A program made the position numbers and the translations under genes. Below are positions 57,338-64,000 of a DNA stretch of 64,000 nucleotides, one piece after another. The notes beneath the pieces were generated by a model. It did no database searches and was not told the origin of the DNA. It saw nothing but the letters and a program-made list of their open reading frames with translations. The stretch is from Candidatus Aenigmatarchaeota archaeon (GTDB lineage Archaea; Aenigmatarchaeota; Aenigmatarchaeia; GW2011-AR5). Where the stretch lies: the NCBI GenBank assembly GCA_016198685.1, contig JACQID010000004.1, positions 1 to 64,000 on the forward strand. Direction: 5' to 3'. Each line of letters begins with the position of its first letter. The first letter of the stretch is position 1.

Positions 57338-57921
57338 AATTCTATCTTGTCACGGGCATTGTAGCGGGGTTTCTTGCTATATATGCGCTTTCCATCGTTA
57401 CCGGCAATGCAGTTGCGGAAGCTCAAACGCATTCTTTGCCCCGAATACCAGAACCTGTAATCGAAGAAAGATTTTATCATGCGCATGCCGATTTCAAGGT
57501 TTTCATTGACGGCAATGAAATGGATTTTGCAAGAAAGAAATATGACTACAAGGACCATAATATCCACCTGCACATCAACAATCCCTATGGCGGCTATGTC
57601 ATGCATCTTGAAGGTGGCGGCGCTGAGCTTGCAAATTTCTTTGCGTCGCTGGGGATGATATTCAATTCAACATGTTTTGCGACCGAAACGGAAAGCTACT
57701 GCAATACTGGATTCTCCAAGTTGCGGATGCTCGTGAACGGCAAGGAGAACCAGGATTACGGCAGTTACATACCCCAGGATCTTGACAGAATTCTGGTAAC
57801 TTACGGTAACCAGACTGAAGAGGAAATAAGCTCTCAGAAAAACTCGATAACTTCTGTTTCCTGCGCCTTTTCGGGCGTTTGCGCGATACCTGAGGAACTT
57901 GTAGGGGTGGAGCTTCTTTAG
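57334..57921 (+). CDS. Conserved membrane-anchored protein with His-rich motifs
   Basis: N-terminal TM; HAHADF...IHLH...VMHLEG. Confidence 0.6.
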   Translation: MKFYLVTGIVAGFLAIYALSIVTGNAVAEAQTHSLPRIPEPVIEERFYHAHADFKVFIDGNEMDFARKKYDYKDHNIHLHINNPYGGYVMHLEGGGAELANFFASLGMIFNSTCFATETESYCNTGFSKLRMLVNGKENQDYGSYIPQDLDRILVTYGNQTEEEISSQKNSITSVSCAFSGVCAIPEELVGVELL

Positions 57922-57977
57922 ATATTTTTAAATATTTGCAGGCCGAAGGTATGAGAAAGTATGAAAGAGGTGTTTAA

Positions 57978-58862
57978 ATGGAACTTTTGATTTTGGCGTT
58001 CGACCACAGAGGCTCATTCCTCGAAAAGATGTTCGGTATAAAGGCAAGGGAGCCGACTCAGGAGGAGACAGAAACAATCTGTGATTACAAGAGGATGATT
58101 TACGAAGGCTTTGTTGAGTCCGTGAGAGACAAAAAAGAGGGCAGAGGCATACTAGTCGATGAGCAGTTCGGGTCGGGGATACTTGAGGATGCCAAGAAAA
58201 ACGGCATAATATTTGCCATGCCTTGCGAAAAATCCGGTCAGGACGAGTTCGATTTTGACTATGGCTCAGCTTTCCCGGTGCATATACAGAAATTCAATCC
58301 GGACTATGTGAAAGTGCTTGTCAGATTCAATCCGGAAGGAAACGACGAGATAAATTTCAGGCAGATGGAGAAATTAAAGAAGCTGGATAATTACCTCAAA
58401 CTTTCCGGAAGAAAATTACTTTTTGAGCTGCTTGTCCCTGCAACAGAAAGGCAGCTTGCAGGCGGCAAAGAAAAATATGATGCAGAAATAAGACCAAAGC
58501 TCATGGTAAGGGCCATGAAGATGATACAAGATTATGCAATCGAACCTGATATATGGAAACTTGAAGGTGTTGACAAGGCTGAAGATTCTCAAGCTCTTGT
58601 GACCCAGGCTCAAGCGAGCGGCAGGAATGCGGGCGTTGTGACGCTCGGCCGCGGCGAAAGCAAGGAGAAAGTAGCAGAGTGGCTGAAGGTTGGTGCCAAG
58701 ATTCCCGGCATAATCGGGTTTGCTGTCGGCCGGACGATATTCTGGGAACCGCTTGAAGGGTACAAAAATAATAAATTCTCACGAGACGATGCTGTGCGTA
58801 TGATAGCTGACAATTATTCCGGATTTGTGAAACTTTGGCAGGATGAAAAGAATGGACAATGA
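57978..58862 (+). CDS. DUF2090 (IolC C-terminal-like) TIM-barrel protein, putative class I aldolase
   Basis: LAFDHR, GILVDEQFG, EKSG, YVKVLV, LFELLVP, DIWKLEG, LGRG, GFAVGRTIF. Confidence 0.82.
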   Translation: MELLILAFDHRGSFLEKMFGIKAREPTQEETETICDYKRMIYEGFVESVRDKKEGRGILVDEQFGSGILEDAKKNGIIFAMPCEKSGQDEFDFDYGSAFPVHIQKFNPDYVKVLVRFNPEGNDEINFRQMEKLKKLDNYLKLSGRKLLFELLVPATERQLAGGKEKYDAEIRPKLMVRAMKMIQDYAIEPDIWKLEGVDKAEDSQALVTQAQASGRNAGVVTLGRGESKEKVAEWLKVGAKIPGIIGFAVGRTIFWEPLEGYKNNKFSRDDAVRMIADNYSGFVKLWQDEKNGQ

Positions 58863-59790
58863 AATACTGCATGGTCTTCTGAATGCAACTCAAAGGGCCG
58901 CCATAGCTTCGTATGACTGGATAGGCAGGGGTGACTCGAAGGCAGCGGACGCTGCGGCAGTCAAGGCGATGCGTGAGGCCATGAACGCCATGGATTTTGA
59001 CGGAAGAATAGTCATAGGCGAGGGTGAGCGGGACGAAGCGCCCATGCTCTATATAGGCGAGAAACTCGGCAAGGGCGGAAATCCTGTGGATATTGCAGTA
59101 GACCCGCTCGAAGGGACGGATATAACAGCGCGCGGCGATTATGGATCTTTATCAGTTCTGGCGGTCGCATCGCGCGGCATGCTGCTGGAGGCGCCTGATA
59201 CTTACATGGAGAAAATAGTTGCCGGCCCTTCTGTCGGCAAGAACGTTTCATTATCAATGAGCGTTGAAGAAAACGTGAAAGCTGCGGCTCATGCACTGCA
59301 AAAACCCGTAAGCGACCTTCGAGTTACGGTTCTTGACAGGGAACGGCACAAGGAATTGATAGCATCATTAAGGAAAACCGGATGCCGTGTCATATTGATA
59401 AGAGACGGGGATGTGCATGGCGCAATCGGGACTTGCATGGGAACATCCGATTTACTGATCGGGACAGGCGGAGCCCCGGAAGGGGTGCTTGCCGCATCGG
59501 CAATCAAATCGATGGGAGGATACATGGAAGGAAGGCTGGTATTCCGCAATGACGACGAAATCAAGCGTGCAAGAAAGCACGGAACATCGGAGGCAATAAT
59601 CAACGGCAAGATAATGCCCATGGACGAGATGATAAGAGACAACAGGTCGGTATTTATTGCATCCGGCGTGACCGAGGGCACTTTCCTTAAGGGAGTGAAG
59701 AAGCACGGCAGTGCCGCAGAAGTCCATTCCGTCATAATAAGAGGTGGAAGCACGATGTTCGTGAAAAATTCTTTGAGGGATGCTATATGA
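58843..59790 (+). CDS. glpX: Fructose-1,6-bisphosphatase class II
   Basis: GRGDSKAADAAAV, VIGEGERDEAPML, DIAVDPLEGT, APDTYMEK, DGDV, GGAPEGV, ASGVT. Confidence 0.95.
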   Translation: MKRMDNEILHGLLNATQRAAIASYDWIGRGDSKAADAAAVKAMREAMNAMDFDGRIVIGEGERDEAPMLYIGEKLGKGGNPVDIAVDPLEGTDITARGDYGSLSVLAVASRGMLLEAPDTYMEKIVAGPSVGKNVSLSMSVEENVKAAAHALQKPVSDLRVTVLDRERHKELIASLRKTGCRVILIRDGDVHGAIGTCMGTSDLLIGTGGAPEGVLAASAIKSMGGYMEGRLVFRNDDEIKRARKHGTSEAIINGKIMPMDEMIRDNRSVFIASGVTEGTFLKGVKKHGSAAEVHSVIIRGGSTMFVKNSLRDAI

Positions 59791-61115
59791 ATGAGCTGAT
59801 GTGCGTAGATGATCTGAAAGAGCATCAGGTCAAAGGAAAGAATGCGCTTGTCCGCGTTTCATTTGACGCATTTGACAAGGAAGGCAACATACAGGACAGC
59901 CTGCGAATAGAGGCATCGGAAGGCACTATCAGGACCCTGAAGAAGCTGGGCGCCAAAAGAATCATACTGATGTGCTATGCAGGAAGGCCCGAAGGCTATG
60001 ACGCATCGCTTTCCATGAGGCCTGCGGCCAACTTTCTTTACGGATTATTCAGGGAACGGATGCATTTCCTTCCTTCGGCCGGCAAGGACGGAAAACTCAT
60101 GGCATACAAGGATTATATTCAGCATGTGAAACAATATATGGAGAAGGACATGGAAGACGGTGAAGCGGTGCTTCTTGAGAATCTTCGTTTCTGGCCCGAA
60201 GAGAACAAGGGCGATGAGGAATTCGCAAAATATATCGCTTCGCTCGGCGAGATTTATGTCCAGGACGGCTTTGCCCAGGCACACAGGCTTGGGAACGCTA
60301 CTGTAGGAGCGATAACGAAATATGTAAAGACAAGAGTCATGGGCGTACAGTTCAAGAAGGAAGTCACTTACCTCAAGGCAGTTTCTGAAAATCTGCTCAA
60401 GGAGGGGAGGAAGCCTTTCATTTTTATAATAGCAGGCAAAAAGGTTGAAACCAAGCCTGGAATAGTCTCCAAGATAACGGTTGCAAGCAAACTCATGGAT
60501 AACATGAAGCGTGGCGATAAAATAATGATAGGTGGGGCAATAGCATATCCTTTCATAATCGCCAAGGAGTTTACAGGCAAAGCGCCGTCTATAAGGGACA
60601 TGCGTAACGCGATAGGAGAATCCTTCATAGAGGAGAATCAGGTATATGATCACATGAAAATGGCCGAGGAGATATTCTCTAAAGCCAGCAAGAATGGCAT
60701 AGAAGTCATGCTTCCTGTGGATCATGTTGTCAAATGCAGAGATGGTATAAAGACCGTTGCGCATATAGAGCAAGGCATGATGGCAGCGGACATAGGCGAA
60801 AAGACCGTAAATGAATGGAAAAATAATCTTTCCGATGCAGGTACTATAATCCTGTCCGGCCCTGTGGGATGGTACGAAAATCCTCTATTTTCATCGGGCA
60901 GCCTCGAAATAACCAAGGCGATGGCCAAGGCAACTTCAGGCGGCACGGTGACGGTTGCCGCAGGCGGCGACACGTCTTCCATGGTAAGGAAGTTCGGCTA
61001 CGAGAGGAATTTCTCGCTGCTTTCCATAGGTGGCGGGGCAACTCTTGAGTTCCTCATGCACGGAAAGCTTCCAGTAATGGATGTTCTTGATACAAAAGAA
61101 ATGATCAAAGTCTGA
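59787..61115 (+). CDS. pgk: Phosphoglycerate kinase (divergent substrate site)
   Basis: LLENLRF, AHR, GGAIA, DIGEKT, GPVG.YE, AGGDT, SIGGGATLE. Confidence 0.85.
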   Translation: MNELMCVDDLKEHQVKGKNALVRVSFDAFDKEGNIQDSLRIEASEGTIRTLKKLGAKRIILMCYAGRPEGYDASLSMRPAANFLYGLFRERMHFLPSAGKDGKLMAYKDYIQHVKQYMEKDMEDGEAVLLENLRFWPEENKGDEEFAKYIASLGEIYVQDGFAQAHRLGNATVGAITKYVKTRVMGVQFKKEVTYLKAVSENLLKEGRKPFIFIIAGKKVETKPGIVSKITVASKLMDNMKRGDKIMIGGAIAYPFIIAKEFTGKAPSIRDMRNAIGESFIEENQVYDHMKMAEEIFSKASKNGIEVMLPVDHVVKCRDGIKTVAHIEQGMMAADIGEKTVNEWKNNLSDAGTIILSGPVGWYENPLFSSGSLEITKAMAKATSGGTVTVAAGGDTSSMVRKFGYERNFSLLSIGGGATLEFLMHGKLPVMDVLDTKEMIKV

Positions 61116-61116
61116 G

Positions 61117-62136
61117 GTGGAGAAAATGAAAGTGTGCGTTAATGGTTACGGAACCATAGGAAAGAGAGTGGCTGATGCCGTAGCAATGCATCCGAAACTC
61201 GAGTTGGTCGGAATTTCAAAATACACCCCTGATAATCACGCCAAGATGGCCGAAAGACTCGGCTACGGCATTTACGTTCCTGCGGAAAAGAAAGCGGATT
61301 TCGAGAAAAAAGGAATCAACATTAGAGGCACAGTTGAAGAAATGATAAAGGCTTCTGACATAGTTGTGGACGCTTCTGCAGACGGAAAGGGAGGAGAAAA
61401 CAGGAAGCTTTATGAAAAGCTCGGCAAGCCTGCCATATTTCAGGGAGGCGAAGATGACTCTGTAGGTAGGAGTTTCAATGCACGCAGCAACTTTGATTCT
61501 GTGAAGGGCGAAAAATTCATACGCGTAGTGAGCTGCAACACGACAAGCTTCTGCCGTATTCTGAAGCCGCTGCAGGAAAAATTCAAAATCAAGCGCGTGA
61601 ACGGATTTCTCATCAGGCGAGGGGCTGACCCTGACGATGTCAAAGGTTCTCAGATTAATTCCATAGATTGGAAGGCCAACAGCCACCATTCTCATGACGT
61701 GAACACGATAATCGATGTGCCTATGACAAGCCTTGCTTTCAAGGCTCCCCATACGCTGGCCCACGTCAATTCGCTCTATATTCATTTCGACGGCGAGCCG
61801 TCTAAAGAGGAAATAATCAATGTCCTGAAGGCCGAGAACAGGGTAATCGTAGCGAAGGCTGATTCCACATCGCAGATCATCGAGGTCGCAAGGGATCTTG
61901 GACTTAAGAGATACGACCTTTACATGCCTGTCATGATATCCAACAGCGTGATGGCAGAAGGCAATACGGTTTTCTTTAGCATAGTAGTGCCCCAAGAATC
62001 CGTAGTCGTAGCCGAGAACATTGATGCCATCGTGGCGCAGGGAGGCCTGATGGCCAAGGAAGAATCGATGCGCGTCACGGAAAAGATACTCGGTATGGAC
62101 AGGATAAAGAAGGACGTTGAAACGGTGCTCGGTTAA
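61117..62136 (+). CDS. gap: Glyceraldehyde-3-phosphate dehydrogenase, archaeal type II
   Basis: VNGYGTIGKRVADAV, FQGGE, RVVSCNTT, RRGADP, VPQESVVVAENIDAI. Confidence 0.95.
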   Translation: MEKMKVCVNGYGTIGKRVADAVAMHPKLELVGISKYTPDNHAKMAERLGYGIYVPAEKKADFEKKGINIRGTVEEMIKASDIVVDASADGKGGENRKLYEKLGKPAIFQGGEDDSVGRSFNARSNFDSVKGEKFIRVVSCNTTSFCRILKPLQEKFKIKRVNGFLIRRGADPDDVKGSQINSIDWKANSHHSHDVNTIIDVPMTSLAFKAPHTLAHVNSLYIHFDGEPSKEEIINVLKAENRVIVAKADSTSQIIEVARDLGLKRYDLYMPVMISNSVMAEGNTVFFSIVVPQESVVVAENIDAIVAQGGLMAKEESMRVTEKILGMDRIKKDVETVLG

Positions 62137-62137
62137 G

Positions 62138-62803
62138 ATGAACAAGATAATTGCAGCTAACTGGAAGATGAATAAGTCATCGAAGGAGGCGGAGGATTTT
62201 CTCAGGCGTATTGAAATTTCGGATAAGAACACTGTAATAATATTTCCGTCATTCACTGCGCTTCCTGCCGTCAGTTCCATCATTGGCCGTCATCATTCCG
62301 GCGCCCAGAATGTTTTCTATGAGGAGAAGGGCGCATATACAGGCGAGATATCGCCTGTAATGGTCAAGGAATTCGCGGACTATGCACTTATCGGACACTC
62401 AGAAAGGCGGGCGCTCTGGGAGACTGATGAAATAATCAACAAGAAAGTCAAAGCCGCCCAAAACGCGGGATTGAAAATTTTATTGTGCGTTGGCGAAGCC
62501 AAGGGCCAGGATCGAAACAGGACCCTTGAAACCCAGCTTAGAAAAGGTCTCATGGGAGCCAATGAAAAAAATATTGTCATAGCCTACGAGCCTGTATGGG
62601 CCATAGGTACTGGTCTCACCGCGAAAACGGCAGAAATTGCAGAAGCGGTTTCCTTCATAAAAACCCTGCATAAATGCAGCGTTATTTACGGAGGAAGCGT
62701 GAATGCGTCGAACGCAAAAGACATGCTTTCTGTCTGTGATGGTCTTCTCGTAGGCGGCGCGTCTTTAGACGCAGAAGGTTTCCGCAACATTATACAACTG
62801 TGA
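62138..62803 (+). CDS. tpiA: Triosephosphate isomerase (bacterial-type)
   Basis: AANWKMN, GAQN, GAYTGEIS, IGHSERR, AYEPVWAIGTG, YGGSV, LVGGASL; start set at MNKIIA. Confidence 0.93.
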   Translation: MNKIIAANWKMNKSSKEAEDFLRRIEISDKNTVIIFPSFTALPAVSSIIGRHHSGAQNVFYEEKGAYTGEISPVMVKEFADYALIGHSERRALWETDEIINKKVKAAQNAGLKILLCVGEAKGQDRNRTLETQLRKGLMGANEKNIVIAYEPVWAIGTGLTAKTAEIAEAVSFIKTLHKCSVIYGGSVNASNAKDMLSVCDGLLVGGASLDAEGFRNIIQL

Positions 62804-63731
62804 CGCGATAGTTTTTGCCCTTGCCGATCGCCTGTGGCATAGTCAGCAAGCCGTTCTGGGCGCCTATCTTGCGTACAGTACTTTGCGCGTTTGCCGTTGC
62901 TATCTTCAGGGCCTGCTCAATACTTTTGTTTCTTATCAGGGATGCGACAAACCCAGAGAAGAAAGCGTCTCCTGCTCCGGTTCTTTCTGTCGTTCTTGTG
63001 TGCTTAGGCTGTATTTTGTACAGCTTGCCATCATAGCAATACGACGGCTTTGCTCCATCTGTCATGCAGACTATCTTAGGACCCAGTCCATGGATTTTCT
63101 TTATGATCCTTTCCCTATCGTTCTTTATGCCGGAAAGCGCCTCGGCTTCTTCTTTGTTCAGGGAAAGGATATGGCAATTCTTTACTATTTCTAAGATTCC
63201 TTTGCTTATCATATAGAGACTTGGATTATACGCTATCTTTATTCCTTTTTTTTCTGCGGCACCCGCCAGCTTCTTTTGCGTTTTTAAGGATTCGCCAAGC
63301 ATGGAAGAAAAACACAGCCACCTTGCTTTCATAGCGGGATTTGAATTGCGGACTGAAAGGCTGTCATTCATGCCCCTGCTTCCGATTATCGAGCGGTCAA
63401 TTCCGTCGCCGTCAAGAATTATGGAATAGCCGCAGGCTCCATGTTTCACGGCACCCGCAAACTTCACTTTGTGGTCCAGAAGCGAATGCCATATTATATT
63501 TTTGCCGTAATCATCGCCAAGAATCCCGAGAAACGAGGTTTTGATTCCCATCTTGGAAAGGCCTGCGGCAACATTCGCGCCGCCTCCGCCTGCATGAAAC
63601 TCAATTTTTTCAGCAAGCATCTTGCCGCCTGCAGGATACGCAAGATAATTACGAGATCCGTTTTTTATTTTTTTGGCGTTCGCGTAGATGAACATGTCTA
63701 CAAACGCAGAGCCTACGGCAACGGCTTCCAT
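62790..63731 (-). CDS. PfkB/ribokinase-family carbohydrate kinase
   Basis: GGGGANVAAGLSKMG, NKEEA, TDG, ERTGAGDAF. Confidence 0.9.
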   Translation of the reverse strand: MEAVAVGSAFVDMFIYANAKKIKNGSRNYLAYPAGGKMLAEKIEFHAGGGGANVAAGLSKMGIKTSFLGILGDDYGKNIIWHSLLDHKVKFAGAVKHGACGYSIILDGDGIDRSIIGSRGMNDSLSVRNSNPAMKARWLCFSSMLGESLKTQKKLAGAAEKKGIKIAYNPSLYMISKGILEIVKNCHILSLNKEEAEALSGIKNDRERIIKKIHGLGPKIVCMTDGAKPSYCYDGKLYKIQPKHTRTTERTGAGDAFFSGFVASLIRNKSIEQALKIATANAQSTVRKIGAQNGLLTMPQAIGKGKNYRVTVV

Positions 63732-63763
63732 GCAAAGAATATGCCGGGCGGAGTTAATAAACT

Positions 63764-64000
63764 CTACTTCTCAAGCGGGCATCCGGTGAGCGCGCCCAAT
63801 TCTGCTGAACTTAATCTTCCCTGTTTCCTTGTGCCGTCAGCAAATTCCCACGTCGGGTATTTGTTCACGCCTGCATCGCTGCATATTCCAGGATTATTGA
63901 TTTCCATGGCGCAGTCAGTGGCATTGATATTCTGCCAGCTCAGCCCGAATTCCTTCTGCTGTTCTGTGCACTCCTTGCACCAGTATGTTCCGTAGAATTT
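63764..64000 (-). CDS. Thioredoxin-like domain protein, 3' end only
   Basis: Hand-translated KFYGTYWCKECTEQQKEFG...C...C...VNKYPTWEF...GC..*; open to window end. Confidence 0.7.
   Translation of the reverse strand, partial: KFYGTYWCKECTEQQKEFGLSWQNINATDCAMEINNPGICSDAGVNKYPTWEFADGTRKQGRLSSAELGALTGCPLEK

Noticed and set aside
61216-62283. 355-aa minus-strand ORF
   Set aside because: Antisense shadow of gap/tpiA.

Overview
Archaeal chromosomal DNA, most likely from a DPANN lineage (possibly Aenigmarchaeota-like; inference). Supporting markers are aEF-1beta, FEN-1, CarS, archaeal Pth2, type II GAPDH, an S-layer gene, PGF-pre-PGF surface proteins and an intron-containing tRNA. Main blocks in order: (1) tRNA-methylthiotransferase, Fe-S and FEN-1 housekeeping genes; (2) a 12-gene, ~7.8 kb co-oriented array of pilin-like/N-terminally anchored proteins, including three micro-ORFs missing from the supplied ORF track; (3) lipid and tRNA genes followed by a cell-surface locus (GT39, GT2, two PGF-pre-PGF glycoproteins, S-layer); (4) a PadR locus with three visible palindromic operators; (5) a ~9.3 kb cluster just downstream of tRNA-Gly(CCC) that joins the full preQ0 (7-cyano-7-deazaguanine) pathway (folE2/mptA, queD, queE, queC) to a GT2, a PIG-L deacetylase, a NodU-type carbamoyltransferase, a methyltransferase, a decayed PLP enzyme and two divergent RsmA/KsgA paralogs, with no TGT/DpdA in the window; (6) transport and repair genes, several bacterial-type; (7) a DUF2090-glpX-pgk-gap-tpiA sugar-phosphate operon meeting a convergent pfkB. 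The best candidate for an undescribed system is the deazaguanine-plus-tailoring cluster, followed by the DUF2090 aldolase operon and the pilin array. All family assignments are by motif recognition; no database searches were run. No CRISPR array, integrase, transposase or rRNA was recognised.
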